Shown: positions 46,001-56,984, counted from the first letter of the stretch. The stretch: 64,000 bases of DNA from Trypanosoma brucei (GCA_000002445.1 CH464491.1:864001-928000); one strand, 5' to 3'. Program-made: numbers and translations. The notes: generated by a model from the letters alone, not told the origin.

Positions 46001-49000
46001 GAAGGGTGAGATCGATGCGCTCTTGCGTCAAAACTTCGAGGCTTGTGAGGAGTATCGTTGCAGTTTTGATGAGTTCAAGCATCTGTGGGAGACCAACAGG
46101 AAGGCATCCTTCGCAGCCTTCTTGGAGAAGGACCAAGTCACCAAGTTCCACTCCAGTTTAACGGACGAGGAAAGCGTCAAGGAAGTCGCACCCGTTTCCA
46201 AGGAGTACTTCGGCGTTAGCCTGCAAGACTTTGACAAGGCCATCACAGAATACGAGCGTATCGGTTCGAGGATCAATGCCACAGAAGAAAGGCACATTGA
46301 AGGGTTTGTGTCAATTGACGTAAAGCCTCTTCGCGCAGCCTTGCGTGACACATGTAAAAAGTGGAAGGATATGTTCTCTGACTACTTAATGAACAAGATT
46401 AAGTCCAATCTTGAAGATCTTTATGCTTTCATGAACGAAGCAGATGAGGGTTTAGACGTCGAAGTTCTTGATGGTAATGTGGAGTCGTTGAAGTGCGTTA
46501 TGAGGTGGATCAGAGATTGCCGAAGAATGAATAAGGAGGTGATGGGCGACGATGAAGGCGGCGAGACTGGAGGAATGTTTGCCCCCATTCAAGCGGCGAT
46601 ACGTATGCTGAAAAGTCACGCGAATACTTCATCCTCACTTGATGTCGAACTAGCGAATATTGAGAAGCTTGAAGAGCTCCGGAAGCCGGCACCCGAGCAA
46701 TGGGTCGCACTTAATAAGAAGGCACTGAACGTACGGGCGCAGAACTCCATTGTCCAGGACAGGGAGGCAGAGAAGGTGAAAGAGCAGGTTGTGCTATTTG
46801 AGGAATCACTGCGTCAGGAGGCGGCGGAATTTAAGCAGTTGAACCTCTTTAGCTACGCCATTGACAGAGAGATTGTCTACATCGAGCTGGATAAAACTTA
46901 CAACCACTTCTTGGATATTGAGAAAGAGGCAAGGAAACTCCAAGACTTGCAGGAGTTGTTTGATTTAAACCCATCCCTTTTTAAGGAAATACGAGAATGC
47001 CGAGTTGAGTTGATGATGCTAAAACAGGTGTGGGATCTTAATGAGCACGTCATGTCCCAGTTTACTGACTGGATGAAGTCAACGTTTAAGGATGCTGATG
47101 TTTCGTTGTTTGAAGATGAATGCAAAAAGCTGTCAAAGCAGCTTCAGCAGCAGCCCTTGAAGGTAAAATCCTGGGAGTGCTTCAAGGGCGTTGATGAACA
47201 GGTGCGTAACATGAGGACATCACTTCCCCTTTGTCAGTCTCTTAGTTCACCAGCTATGCGTCCCCGGCATTGGAACTTACTAGTTACGACAACAAAGCAA
47301 CCCGGCAGTATCGACCCTGATGCAAGTGACTTCACGCTCTCAAAACTGTTTGCGCTCGGTCTCCACAAGTTTTCCGACGAGGTGGCGAATATTGTTGAGA
47401 AGGCCGAAAAGGAACTGCGCATTGAAACTAACCTGAACAAACTAATCGGAATATGGGAAAAGATGATTTTTACGTACACTGTGGATGAGCAGCTGAACAC
47501 CCACCTACTGGGTGCTGTTGATGATGTCGTGGAGCAGTTGGAAAACGACAACAACGCTCTCTCTTCCATGCTCTCCGACCGGTTTGTGGAGCATTTCTAC
47601 GACAAGGTACTCCTGTGGCAGAAGAATCTCGGTATGGTGGACACTTGCACTGGTAAGTGGGTGGAGATACAAAGGCAGTGGATGAATCTTTTCCCCATCT
47701 TTGTGTTGTCTGCTGACATCAAGGAGCAGCTGCCGGAGGATGCAAAGAACTTTGCCGAAGCAGATCGCGTTTTTCGACTGCTCATGAGTAAGGCCCACAA
47801 GTACACCAACGTCATTGAGGTTGTTTGCAGTGATGTCTTGAAAAATGAGGTGGGACGGGACGAAGGACTCGAGCACACCCTCAATTACATACAGAGTATC
47901 CTTGTTCAGTGTGAGAAATCTCTTGCTGATTACCTCGAAACCAAGCGCAAAATATTCCCGCGCTTCTTCTTTGTGTCTGCCACTGACCTTATCGACATCC
48001 TTTCTAAGGGTTCGGATCCGCGGGCGGTGATGGTGCATATGAGCAAGATTATTGACTCAGTCGACACCTTCTCTTTTTCGGATAATCCCAATCCCCAGGC
48101 TGGACCGAAAGACGCATACGAAATGATATCCGTACAAGGGGAGAAGGTGGCTTTGGCAGAAGATTTCACATGCGAAGGCCCCGTTGAAGTGTGGCTGAAT
48201 GGTCTCATTGGTGCGATGTGCAAGGCCGTCAAGAAGCAAATCAAGGAGGCGAATGCGAGCTACGTTGAGAAACCACGTAATGAATGGATCTACCAATATC
48301 CCTGCCAGGCGGTTATTGTGGCATCGCGTATTTGGTTTACGACTGAGGTCCACCAAGCGTTTATTCAAATAGAGGAGGGAAATGATATGGGTATGAAAGA
48401 TTTGCTCAAAAATCAGAAGGTCCAACTCGACAGCTTGATCAAGGAGGTACTAGTTGACCGAACGTCAAATGAGCGTAAGATGCTGGTCCATCTCATTACC
48501 ATCGACGTCCACAATCGCGACATCGTTCAAACGATGGTTGATGAACGTGCTGACGCTGTTGACGCTTTCTGTTGGCAATCGCAGCTTCGCTATTACTGGG
48601 ATGATGCGAAGGGCAACGAAATTAGGATAGCAGATGCTGAGTTTATCAATGGTTACGAATACATCGGTTTGTGTGGCTGTCTGGTGATCACAAAGTTGAC
48701 CGATAGGTGCTATATCACCCTAACTCAGGCCCTTAGGCTCAAGAAAGGCGGTGCACCCGCTGGCCCTGCCGGTACGGGTAAGACGGAGACCACAAAGGAT
48801 CTTGCGAGGAACATGGGTATTGCGTGCTATGTGTTCAACTGCTCAGATCAGATGAATTACATTACCCTTGGGCAAATTTTCAAGGGGTTGGCGATGTCTG
48901 GTTCCTGGGGTTGCTTTGACGAGTTTAATCGTATCTCCATCGAGGTGTTATCTGTCGTTGCTACTCAGGTTGGTTCCATTCTTAATGCACTGAAGGAGCA

Positions 49001-52000
49001 GAAGAAGCGGTTCCGCTTCATGGATGAGGAGATTTCAATCACACCCTCGGTGGGTATGTGGATTACCATGAATCCGGGTTATGCTGGTCGTACAGAACTT
49101 CCCGAAAACATCAAATCGCTCTTCCGACCATGCGCTATGGTCGTCCCTGACCTCAAAAATATTTGTGAAATTATGTTGGCTGCTGAGGGCTTTGGTGACG
49201 CCAAGGATCTCGCATTGAAGTTTGTCACCCTTTACCGTCTAAACAAAGAGCTTCTCTCACCTCAAGACCACTACGATTGGGGTCTCCGTGCGGTCAAGTC
49301 TGTGCTTTACATTGCTGGTGCTCTGAAGCGCGGCGATCCGGACATCCCTGAGCGCAATGTATTGATGCGTGCGTTACGTGACACCAACATGGCTAAACTT
49401 AGCAAAGATGATGTGTACGTCTTTATGGGACTTATCCGTTCCCTCTTCCCCAACTTGGATGTGCCTAAGAAGGACAAACCAGAACTTGCCGCAGCTTGCA
49501 AGGAAGTATGCCGTGAGCAGGGGAACCTTCCGGGTGAAAACGATATCTTCATCCTAAAGTGCGTGCAGTACGAAGAGCTGTTACACGTGCGCCACTCCGT
49601 GTTTGTCCTTGGACCTGCGGGTAGTGGTAAGACGGAGTGCTGGCGATGCCTCCAGGGTGCTCTCACAAAGCTGCATAAGGATGAGTGGAAGGCGAAAGCG
49701 GTGGCATCTTGCCTTAACCCTAAGGCAATCACATCTAATGAATTGTACGGCTACTTTACGCCAAACAAAGAGTGGCGTGACGGTGTCTTGTCTACAATCT
49801 TTCGTGACTACGCATTGGAATCAAAGAAGAGACGCAACATGAAGTGGATCGTTTTGGATGGTATCATTGACGCAGAATGGATTGAATCGATGAACACTGT
49901 GATGGACGACAACAAGATGCTGACACTTGTGTCCAACGAGCGTATTCCGTTGACAGACTCCATGCGTATGATTTTTGAAGTTTCCCACCTTCGTAACGCT
50001 TCTCCAGCCACTGTTTCTCGCGCTGGTGTTGTATTCATCAATGAATCCGACCTTGGTTGGGGGCCCTTCAAGGACAAGTGGATAGCATCAAGGGACAGAC
50101 GTGAGGGAGCGATGTTTGACAGTCTGTTTGATAAGTACGTTCCGTTCGTTTTTGAATTCTGGAAGCGTAGCATGAAGCCCATCGTTGCTGTTATGGACAT
50201 CAATGTCGTACAAACTATCTGTTTCCTTCTAGAGGGTATATTTGGGCGGATGCAACAAGAAGAATTATCAAAGAACCCGAATGTATTCGATGTGTGTGAG
50301 AAGTACTTCGTGTTTGCCGTTATTTGGGCCTTTGGAGGGCCACTTCCGGGCTCAGACGGGCGCGTGGATCAGCGTATGAACTTTTCCAACCAGTGGAAGA
50401 AGGAGTTCCCTAATATGAAGATCAGTGACACAGGTTCTGTCTTTGACTTTTATATTGATAAGAAAAAGGATGAGAACGGGGTTTATCAGTACGAGTGGCG
50501 GCCATGGAGCGAGCTTGTGCACCCATACGTACCCGATCCGGACAGGCAGCTTTCCACGGTTTCTGTGCAAACTGCCGACGGTGTCCGCATGTCGCACCTC
50601 ATGAGTTTGCTTGTGGATAATGCAAAGTCCGTTATGCTCGTAGGAACTGCGGGAACAGGTAAGACGAACTTGATCATGTCAAAACTTAGATCGTTGAACG
50701 GTGAAGAAACACTTTTCCGTGTAGTTGCCTTTAACGCGCGAACGTCGTCGAGTGGTCTTCAAGCAGTGATGGAACAGTCATTGGAGAAGCGCTCGGGTCG
50801 TACGTATGGACCGTTTAATCGCAAGAAGCTTGTCTTCTTCCTTGATGACATGAACATGCCTGCACCAGACAAATATGGAACACAGGAGGCCATTGCTCTA
50901 CTGCAGCAACACGTCAACTACGGCTTCTGGTATGACCGTGTTAAGATTATTCAAAAGGAAGTGGTTGATTTGCGTTATGTTGGCGCAATGAACCCCAAAT
51001 CCGGTACGTTCACCATCTTAGACCGTCTGCTGAGGCACTTTGCTCTCTTCTCGACCAACATGCCTGAGCGAGCGGATTTGGTGAGTATCTACGGTCAAAT
51101 TCTTCAAGCGCACACAAAGGACTTCCCTCGCGATATACGCGACGCGTTCACCAAGATAATTACGAATGCAACTATCGAGTTGCACCATTTGGTGGCCAAA
51201 CAGTTCTTTCCGACCGCCGTTAAATTTCACTACCAATGGAACATGCGTGAAATGTTCAATATATTCCAGGGGCTCTGCAAATCTCATCCAAAGATTCACA
51301 CTACTCCCTTACAAATGGCTCGCCTCTGGGCTCACGAGTGCAATCGTACTTTCCGCGATCGTATGTCGGAGACAGAGGATATGAATCGCTTTGATGCGCT
51401 GTTTGTTGAGGTGATTTCCCGCGCCGGTTTCACTGACATCCAACCGAAGGATGTGCTCCAGGAGCCACTGCTCTGGGGTCCCTTCCTTACGTCTTCCGAG
51501 GGTGAAGAAAACGTGTACGAAGAGTTCACTGTGGACGCGGCACAATCATATCTCATCAAAAAGTTGGATGAGTACAACGATAACTACGCTCGTATGGACC
51601 TTGTTCTGTTCAACCAAGCTGTGGAGCACCTCTGTCGCATTGCTCGTATTACGTCGAATCCCCGTGGTAACGCGCTACTTGTTGGTGTCGGTGGTTCTGG
51701 CAAACAGTCGCTTGCACGTTTGGCTTCTTATATTAATGGTCACGACATTTTCCAGATTCTTGTGACGAGTAGCTATGGTATCGCTGAGTTCCGTACGGAT
51801 ATGCAGGAACTCTACCGCAAGTGTGGTTTGAAGGGATATCCTTTCGCCTTCATCATCACCGACACCCAGATAGTATCTGAAGACATGCTCGTTTACCTGA
51901 ACGATATGCTTGCTAGCGGAAATGTCCCAGAGATGTTTAACCAAGATGAGCGAGAAGGTATTGTGGGATCCATAATGAACGAGGTTAAGGTTGCCGGTTA

Positions 52001-55000
52001 TGCGGACTACTCCAATCCAGATACCTGTTGGGAGTACTTCATCAACAAGGTGAGGTCGCACTTGCATATCATTCTCTGCTTCTCCCCTGTCAGTAAACAT
52101 TTTGCTGTCTGGTGCCGGCAGTTCCCTGCACTCGCCAATACAACCGTCATTGACTGGTTTCTGCGTTGGCCAGAGCAGGCTCTCAAGTCCGTCGCAAATC
52201 GCTTCTTATCGAAGATCGAGCTTGGCGGGCCGGAGATGACAAAGAATATCGCTGACTTCATGGCTTTCTGTCAGGAGAAGGTGACGGAGATGTGTGAAGA
52301 ATATTATGTTCAGGAGAAGCGACATGCTTACACAACCCCCAAGTCGTTCTTAGAGCTTATCGCTTTTTATAAGGAATTGCTTGGGAGAAAAAGAGAAGAC
52401 CTCAACGACAAAACGCAGCGCTTGGTTAGTGGTATTGACAAAATCAAGGAAGCTGGAGTTCAGGTCGCGGCTCTGCAAGAGGTCCTCCATCGCGAGAGCC
52501 AAGAGGTGGAAGATGCGCGTCAGAAGACCGCAGCACTGATGGAAACTGTGGGAAGGGAGAAGGCAATTGTGGAGGAACAAAGTACGATTGCTGCAAAGGA
52601 GGAGGAGAAAACCAATAAAATCGTTGCAGAGGTCGAAACTTTTGAGAGAATGTGCTCTGAGGATTTGGCCAAGGCCAAACCGCTCGTGGAGGAGGCCCTC
52701 GCTGCCCTCGATACGCTCGACAAAGCGTCAATATCAGAACTTAAAAACCTTGGTAAACCCCCTGTGGACGTGCAAATGGTAGCCATTTGTGTTCGCGTGC
52801 TGACATCTAACCCGCGTGCTATTCCTTCTGTAAAGAACCGCACGTGGGCGGAGTGCAAAAAGATGATGAACCAGGTCGATCGTTTCCTAGCAGAGTTGAA
52901 GGGATTTGACGTGAACAACATCCCGCAGGTTTGCATTGACCAGATTCAGATGTATATCACAAACCCTGCGTTCGACCCCGAAATCGTGAAGACGAAGTCA
53001 TTTGCTGCAGCAGGTTTGTGTAAGTGGGCTGTCGGTATCAACAAATACCACTTAGTCCGGTGTGAGGTTCGCCCCAAGGAGGAGCGGCTTGCTGAAGCAC
53101 AAGAGCGCTTGCACCAGAGCAAAACTGCGCTCAAGAAAGTTCAAGACAAGGTGGCTGATCTCAATTCGAAGCTTCAGGCGCTGATTGCGCAGTATGATGA
53201 AGCAGTGGAGTCTGCCAACGCGATTGAGAGGAAAGCGAAGAAGACGATGCTAAAGATGGAGCTTGCTCAACGTCTGGTGTCTGGTCTTGCCGATGAAAGT
53301 GTTCGATGGGGAGATACTATTGAGCAGTTACGAAAGGCAGCGGACCTTCTGGTGGGTGATGTGCTATTGGGCGCTTCATTTGTTTCTTATATTGGACCAT
53401 TCTCAAAGGTCTTCCGTGAGCGTATCGTAACTGAGGAGTGGCTTCCTATGGTCAAGCAGTTGGGTATACCGATGACGGAGGACCTTGATATCACCATGAA
53501 TGTTCTCACATCCGAGGCGGCGGTTGCGTCCTGGAACAACGAGGGGCTTCCCTCGGATAAAGTTTCCACGGAGAACGGTGCCATTGTGACTAACTGCACG
53601 AGGTGGCCTTTGATCATCGATCCACAGCTTCAGGGCGTGAAGTGGATTCGCACGCGTGAGGAGAAGAATGGCCTGAAGGCTATCCAAACCACTCAGAAGA
53701 CGTGGCAACGCACCCTGCAGACGTGTATTGAGGAGGGGCTTCCTTGTCTTATTGAGTCGCTTGGTGAGTTCATTGAACCTGTGTTGGATGGTGTTCTCAG
53801 CAGGCAGACATTCAAAAAAGGTGGTCGTCTTTTCATTAAACTTGGCGCAACTGAGGTAGAGTATAACCCCAACTTCCGATTATTTTTGCAGACTAAGCTT
53901 GGTAACCCAGCATACGGTCCAGAGGTTAACGCACAGACGACTCTAATTAACTTCATGGTGACGGAAGTTGGCCTTGAAGACCAGTTACTTGCAGTTGTTG
54001 TTAACCAAGAGAGACCGGACTTAGAGAAGAAGCGGGGTGCATTACTTCGGCAAATGAACACTATGACAATTGAGCTACAGAAGTGCGAGGATGGACTTCT
54101 TTATGAGTTAACCAACGCAACCGGCGACATATTGGAGAACATATCCCTTATCGAGAACCTGGAGAACACGAAAAAGAAAGCAAAGGATATCAATATATCG
54201 TTTGCTCAGGCGGTATCCACTCAGAAAGATATTGCGCAAAACCGTCTCACATACACTTCTGTCGCTGTGCGTGGTTCGCTTCTGTTCTTCCAGATTGATC
54301 AGCTTTGGAAAATCGACCACATGTATCAGTACTCACTGGAGGCTTTCATGGTGGTGTTTAACAAAGCGCTGGCAAAGGCAGTACAACCAGAAGATAAGAA
54401 GGACGTGGCGAAGCGTGTGGAAAATGTCCTCCGATCCATTATGGAAACAGTCTTTGCGTATGTCTCACGTGGTTTGTTCGAACGCCACAAGCTAATCCTT
54501 TCCAGTTTGCTTACCTTCGCAATTCTTCAACAACAAGGTGAGATCGATTCGAAACAGCTGGACTTCCTTCTGCGTGGCAAAAAGAAGACGGGTATATTGA
54601 GACCTGAAACCGTTGTGGAATGGTGTCCTGAACCTAACTGGGCTGCAGTGCAAGCCCTTGCCGATGTGGAGGGATCAGTGCCACCGTTCAATCTGTTGCC
54701 CGGAGATGTCACGGAAAACAACCGTTGGAGGCAGTGGGCCGAAACCGAGAAACCAGAGGAGGAAAAGATGCCGTCAGAGTGGAAGAATTTAACTCAATTC
54801 CAACGCCTTCTCGTTCTCCGGTGTCTGCGTCCTGATAGGCTAACAGCTGCCCTCGAGACTTTCGTTTGCGACAGCATCGGCCGCTTCTTTGTTTCGGATC
54901 AGGCCGTTGATATATCTGTTTCTATCAACGAGTCTACAACGACGACACCGCTCTTCTTCATTCTTTCCCCCGGTGTAGACCCGGTTCGTGCGGTAGAGGA

Positions 55001-56984
55001 GGCTGGTCGCAAGCTTGGTTTCACGTATGATAATGAACGGCTCTTCAACGTTTCACTAGGCCAAGGTCAAGAGGTTGTAGCTGATCGGGCTCTGGAGCGG
55101 TGCTTTCTGCATGGTGGATGGGCGCTGCTGAATAATATCCACCTTGTCGAGAAGTGGCTTCGGGGTTTGGAGCGACGGTTGGATAGTTATGCAGAAATAT
55201 ACACTCGCATGGCACAATTACGAAAGGAACGTGACGAGAAGCGTGCTGCAGAACAAAAAGTGATGGAAGATTCTGGGAGTGAAAAGGCCACAAGTCTTGC
55301 TGGAGATGATGATGATGAGGCGCAAAAGTCTGTAGACGGTTCAACCGTCAAAGAGGAAAGGGCAGATGATGCTGAGGCGGATAAATCGAACGAAAGCAAC
55401 TCGAAACATTTGGGTGAAGAGGTGGCAGAAGGAAAGGAGGATGACGATGATGACATTCCCTTTGAAGGCCCCAAAGGACATCCGCAGTTCCGTGTATTCC
55501 TGAGCGCGGAGCCCTCCAACGTAATTCCCATCGGCATTCTTCAACGCTCCATTAAGCTTACATCCGAACCTCCTACTGGTATTCGCTCCAACATCGTTCG
55601 TGCATTGAGCAACTTCAGTGATGAGCCGTGGGAGAGGAGCGCAAAACCGACAGAGTTCCGTTGCATCATGTTTTCTATGTGCTTCTTCCATTCTGTCGTT
55701 GTGGAGCGTAAGAAATTTGGTCCGCTGGGCTGGAACCGTGTGTATCCTTATAATGCTGGAGACTTGACCACATGCTTGGAGGTTGCTGCCAACTACATTG
55801 AGGACAGGCCAAAGGTACCGTGGGAGGATTTGCAGTACGTTTTTGGTGAGATTATGTACGGCGGACACATTACGGACGATTGGGACCGTGTATTGTGTAT
55901 GGCATACCTGCGTACATTCCTTGTGCCCGAGTGTTGTGATGGACTTCAGCTGGCCCCAGGAATCGAAGTACCCGCTCCAATGAGTTACAACGAATACATC
56001 GATTGGTTGGTTAATGGCGAGGACTTCCCCGCGGAGTCTCCGCTCCTCTTTGGTTTGCATCCTAACGCAGAGATCAACTATAGAACTGTGCAAGCCGATG
56101 TCCTCTTTCGTACAATCAATGAACTGCAACCCAAAAAGCACGCCGGAGGAGATTCGCTCAGCCCTCAGGAAGTTGTCCAGCAGAAGATTGACGAGCTTCG
56201 TGAGCGACTTCCAGAACGGCACAATTTGCAGGACTTGTCGGAGCGGTTGGAGGATGAACGGTCGCCGCAGCAGCACGTGTTCTACCAAGAGTGCGAGCGC
56301 ATGAACGTCCTTATTTCAGCGCTGAAGGTATCACTGGAGGAATTAGATCTTGGTCTTAAGGGTGCCCTTTCGATGACCGCTGTTATGCAGACGTTGTTTG
56401 ATGAGATATATCTCGACAAGCTTCCAGCCGTATGGGAGAAGGTTTCCTTCCTCTCTTTGCGAGCTCTTGGGTCGTGGATGGAAAACTTCCTTCTTCGTAA
56501 CGATCAGTTGGTGAACTGGACCGGCGAACTGCAAACTCCGAAGGTAACGAACATCGCGCTCTTTTTCAATCCCATGTCTTTCCTCACTGCCATTATGCAA
56601 ACTACATCCATCGTAAACAGCTTCGATCTTGATCAGATGTCACTCGTGGTTGACGTTCTAAAGAAGTCTGCGGATCAGATCGAGACGAGTGCCCGTGACG
56701 GTTGCCATGTGTCCGGTCTCTCCATGGAAGGTGCCCGCTGGGACACGAGCACGTCTTGCATTGAGGAGAGCAGAATGAAGGAATTGTATCCAAAGATGCC
56801 CATCCTGACGATCCGTTCGTTACCACTCTCTAAAATCGACCGACGTGACCAGTACGAATGCCCAGTTTACAAGACACAGCAACGTGGACCCGGTTTCGTC
56901 GTCGGTTTCTGGTTGAAGACGAAGCAGCCAGCTAAGAAATGGACTATTGCTGGTGTGGGTCTTATCCTTGATGTGGTGGAGTAA
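43008..56984 (+). CDS. Dynein heavy chain (about 4659 aa), probably axonemal
   Basis: The ORF-caller start 42939 is GTG; the first ATG is at 43008 (MAKGDKEE...), downstream of a polypyrimidine tract and AG at about 42905-42938. Four P-loops: AAA1 GPAGTGKTETTKDLA, AAA2 GPAGSGKTECWRCL, AAA3 GTAGTGKTNLIMSKL, AAA4 GVGGSGKQSLARLAS. Stalk coiled-coil region, AAA5/6, C-terminal CPVYKT motif. No introns, single 14 kb ORF. Confidence 0.96.
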   Translation: MAKGDKEEAPVDRRVQWLEQRIITGLKAKPVETRKLIDNEESRGQITEFLDTTDAQHLYVYQQSGGLLVARIDAPEELKKKGMYFSKKKRERISDEQHMRGCIVFGDLCPDALNGLNSVTRNVYAELIKKEKRNVSQIPDVAVAELMEDTNKLLAHMLVTLGLSQGKTLLPLPPVQLPSRVGDGPFDSEFIYQLESSIIAWTTQIRAAIDSSPEDMIDCGSEKGIHPGPLNEIAFWKGKVDNLANLEQQLYSVKALKILVILKKSQNGYYQPFSQLMSELKEASIEARDNYRFLKPIEDEFAAMCPTSPGHLEFTQLASSGTFQRLFHYLFLLWTQSGFYNTSTRLVVLLRQMCNDLISMAIEYVNVEEFAKGFEKKDAIARLAETLSICGQFKATYFHYKSHVATVAKPWNFQNSAFFSRLDVFLERCHDLMDIMETAVLFDKMENIKVGGTKSVLHTREAEEIKAEFDTAYFKFYGVEYNLLVPDETRFEADYCEIRDTIRELERRLGTILVTTVDDAKAISEVFKAVDTFDGFTDRTVVQMEWSKKQKVVLESFYQDLIEAQETFYQGDSSAAYPNIPPLAAAVVRCSALLDRINESYSRVSELSSAVLESEAGKETMDLYETLKDTLKEAIRKKYESWCGDVGHISMEKLKLPLLEVDESNKLKVNFDDALVKTLREVYYLEVMNSFDARDRQKLEVPPEVQSVFERREKYRSQTIMLEHVSTTYNGFMSSLRHEDERPLIQAELTAFESVIQRGTTEVRWQDGDEVDAFIDLVLKKVDAISRVVTSFHSNVQQMVESLEEYRRTDKLLPMNRADGAKTMSEHELRKTFEEHFKKRHRDIAERGECIHALLNESFEAVNELKRSEGSPLVSRDSEDWQKYVSYVDGVVTKAINESVIHSLTCVRDQLDPEWISENEGTPLVDVRLIITKGGPNVTVCSRYEPHIDCEGSSEHSIRSIVNSFIANVGAGAGLIKPLVDGRSYSEEADNNEDVQRLKGEIDALLRQNFEACEEYRCSFDEFKHLWETNRKASFAAFLEKDQVTKFHSSLTDEESVKEVAPVSKEYFGVSLQDFDKAITEYERIGSRINATEERHIEGFVSIDVKPLRAALRDTCKKWKDMFSDYLMNKIKSNLEDLYAFMNEADEGLDVEVLDGNVESLKCVMRWIRDCRRMNKEVMGDDEGGETGGMFAPIQAAIRMLKSHANTSSSLDVELANIEKLEELRKPAPEQWVALNKKALNVRAQNSIVQDREAEKVKEQVVLFEESLRQEAAEFKQLNLFSYAIDREIVYIELDKTYNHFLDIEKEARKLQDLQELFDLNPSLFKEIRECRVELMMLKQVWDLNEHVMSQFTDWMKSTFKDADVSLFEDECKKLSKQLQQQPLKVKSWECFKGVDEQVRNMRTSLPLCQSLSSPAMRPRHWNLLVTTTKQPGSIDPDASDFTLSKLFALGLHKFSDEVANIVEKAEKELRIETNLNKLIGIWEKMIFTYTVDEQLNTHLLGAVDDVVEQLENDNNALSSMLSDRFVEHFYDKVLLWQKNLGMVDTCTGKWVEIQRQWMNLFPIFVLSADIKEQLPEDAKNFAEADRVFRLLMSKAHKYTNVIEVVCSDVLKNEVGRDEGLEHTLNYIQSILVQCEKSLADYLETKRKIFPRFFFVSATDLIDILSKGSDPRAVMVHMSKIIDSVDTFSFSDNPNPQAGPKDAYEMISVQGEKVALAEDFTCEGPVEVWLNGLIGAMCKAVKKQIKEANASYVEKPRNEWIYQYPCQAVIVASRIWFTTEVHQAFIQIEEGNDMGMKDLLKNQKVQLDSLIKEVLVDRTSNERKMLVHLITIDVHNRDIVQTMVDERADAVDAFCWQSQLRYYWDDAKGNEIRIADAEFINGYEYIGLCGCLVITKLTDRCYITLTQALRLKKGGAPAGPAGTGKTETTKDLARNMGIACYVFNCSDQMNYITLGQIFKGLAMSGSWGCFDEFNRISIEVLSVVATQVGSILNALKEQKKRFRFMDEEISITPSVGMWITMNPGYAGRTELPENIKSLFRPCAMVVPDLKNICEIMLAAEGFGDAKDLALKFVTLYRLNKELLSPQDHYDWGLRAVKSVLYIAGALKRGDPDIPERNVLMRALRDTNMAKLSKDDVYVFMGLIRSLFPNLDVPKKDKPELAAACKEVCREQGNLPGENDIFILKCVQYEELLHVRHSVFVLGPAGSGKTECWRCLQGALTKLHKDEWKAKAVASCLNPKAITSNELYGYFTPNKEWRDGVLSTIFRDYALESKKRRNMKWIVLDGIIDAEWIESMNTVMDDNKMLTLVSNERIPLTDSMRMIFEVSHLRNASPATVSRAGVVFINESDLGWGPFKDKWIASRDRREGAMFDSLFDKYVPFVFEFWKRSMKPIVAVMDINVVQTICFLLEGIFGRMQQEELSKNPNVFDVCEKYFVFAVIWAFGGPLPGSDGRVDQRMNFSNQWKKEFPNMKISDTGSVFDFYIDKKKDENGVYQYEWRPWSELVHPYVPDPDRQLSTVSVQTADGVRMSHLMSLLVDNAKSVMLVGTAGTGKTNLIMSKLRSLNGEETLFRVVAFNARTSSSGLQAVMEQSLEKRSGRTYGPFNRKKLVFFLDDMNMPAPDKYGTQEAIALLQQHVNYGFWYDRVKIIQKEVVDLRYVGAMNPKSGTFTILDRLLRHFALFSTNMPERADLVSIYGQILQAHTKDFPRDIRDAFTKIITNATIELHHLVAKQFFPTAVKFHYQWNMREMFNIFQGLCKSHPKIHTTPLQMARLWAHECNRTFRDRMSETEDMNRFDALFVEVISRAGFTDIQPKDVLQEPLLWGPFLTSSEGEENVYEEFTVDAAQSYLIKKLDEYNDNYARMDLVLFNQAVEHLCRIARITSNPRGNALLVGVGGSGKQSLARLASYINGHDIFQILVTSSYGIAEFRTDMQELYRKCGLKGYPFAFIITDTQIVSEDMLVYLNDMLASGNVPEMFNQDEREGIVGSIMNEVKVAGYADYSNPDTCWEYFINKVRSHLHIILCFSPVSKHFAVWCRQFPALANTTVIDWFLRWPEQALKSVANRFLSKIELGGPEMTKNIADFMAFCQEKVTEMCEEYYVQEKRHAYTTPKSFLELIAFYKELLGRKREDLNDKTQRLVSGIDKIKEAGVQVAALQEVLHRESQEVEDARQKTAALMETVGREKAIVEEQSTIAAKEEEKTNKIVAEVETFERMCSEDLAKAKPLVEEALAALDTLDKASISELKNLGKPPVDVQMVAICVRVLTSNPRAIPSVKNRTWAECKKMMNQVDRFLAELKGFDVNNIPQVCIDQIQMYITNPAFDPEIVKTKSFAAAGLCKWAVGINKYHLVRCEVRPKEERLAEAQERLHQSKTALKKVQDKVADLNSKLQALIAQYDEAVESANAIERKAKKTMLKMELAQRLVSGLADESVRWGDTIEQLRKAADLLVGDVLLGASFVSYIGPFSKVFRERIVTEEWLPMVKQLGIPMTEDLDITMNVLTSEAAVASWNNEGLPSDKVSTENGAIVTNCTRWPLIIDPQLQGVKWIRTREEKNGLKAIQTTQKTWQRTLQTCIEEGLPCLIESLGEFIEPVLDGVLSRQTFKKGGRLFIKLGATEVEYNPNFRLFLQTKLGNPAYGPEVNAQTTLINFMVTEVGLEDQLLAVVVNQERPDLEKKRGALLRQMNTMTIELQKCEDGLLYELTNATGDILENISLIENLENTKKKAKDINISFAQAVSTQKDIAQNRLTYTSVAVRGSLLFFQIDQLWKIDHMYQYSLEAFMVVFNKALAKAVQPEDKKDVAKRVENVLRSIMETVFAYVSRGLFERHKLILSSLLTFAILQQQGEIDSKQLDFLLRGKKKTGILRPETVVEWCPEPNWAAVQALADVEGSVPPFNLLPGDVTENNRWRQWAETEKPEEEKMPSEWKNLTQFQRLLVLRCLRPDRLTAALETFVCDSIGRFFVSDQAVDISVSINESTTTTPLFFILSPGVDPVRAVEEAGRKLGFTYDNERLFNVSLGQGQEVVADRALERCFLHGGWALLNNIHLVEKWLRGLERRLDSYAEIYTRMAQLRKERDEKRAAEQKVMEDSGSEKATSLAGDDDDEAQKSVDGSTVKEERADDAEADKSNESNSKHLGEEVAEGKEDDDDDIPFEGPKGHPQFRVFLSAEPSNVIPIGILQRSIKLTSEPPTGIRSNIVRALSNFSDEPWERSAKPTEFRCIMFSMCFFHSVVVERKKFGPLGWNRVYPYNAGDLTTCLEVAANYIEDRPKVPWEDLQYVFGEIMYGGHITDDWDRVLCMAYLRTFLVPECCDGLQLAPGIEVPAPMSYNEYIDWLVNGEDFPAESPLLFGLHPNAEINYRTVQADVLFRTINELQPKKHAGGDSLSPQEVVQQKIDELRERLPERHNLQDLSERLEDERSPQQHVFYQECERMNVLISALKVSLEELDLGLKGALSMTAVMQTLFDEIYLDKLPAVWEKVSFLSLRALGSWMENFLLRNDQLVNWTGELQTPKVTNIALFFNPMSFLTAIMQTTSIVNSFDLDQMSLVVDVLKKSADQIETSARDGCHVSGLSMEGARWDTSTSCIEESRMKELYPKMPILTIRSLPLSKIDRRDQYECPVYKTQQRGPGFVVGFWLKTKQPAKKWTIAGVGLILDVVE

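Noticed and set aside
55341-56288. Long antisense or overlapping ORFs inside big genes (e.g. 315 aa at 55341-56288 minus, 177 aa at 47505-48038 minus, 179 aa at 59356-59895 minus, 200 aa at 60916-61518 minus, 256 aa at 12764-13534 plus)
   Set aside because: These are shadow ORFs opposite strongly supported coding regions (dynein, polymerase, coiled-coil protein). They have Arg/Ser/Cys-rich composition and are on the wrong strand for the polycistron.
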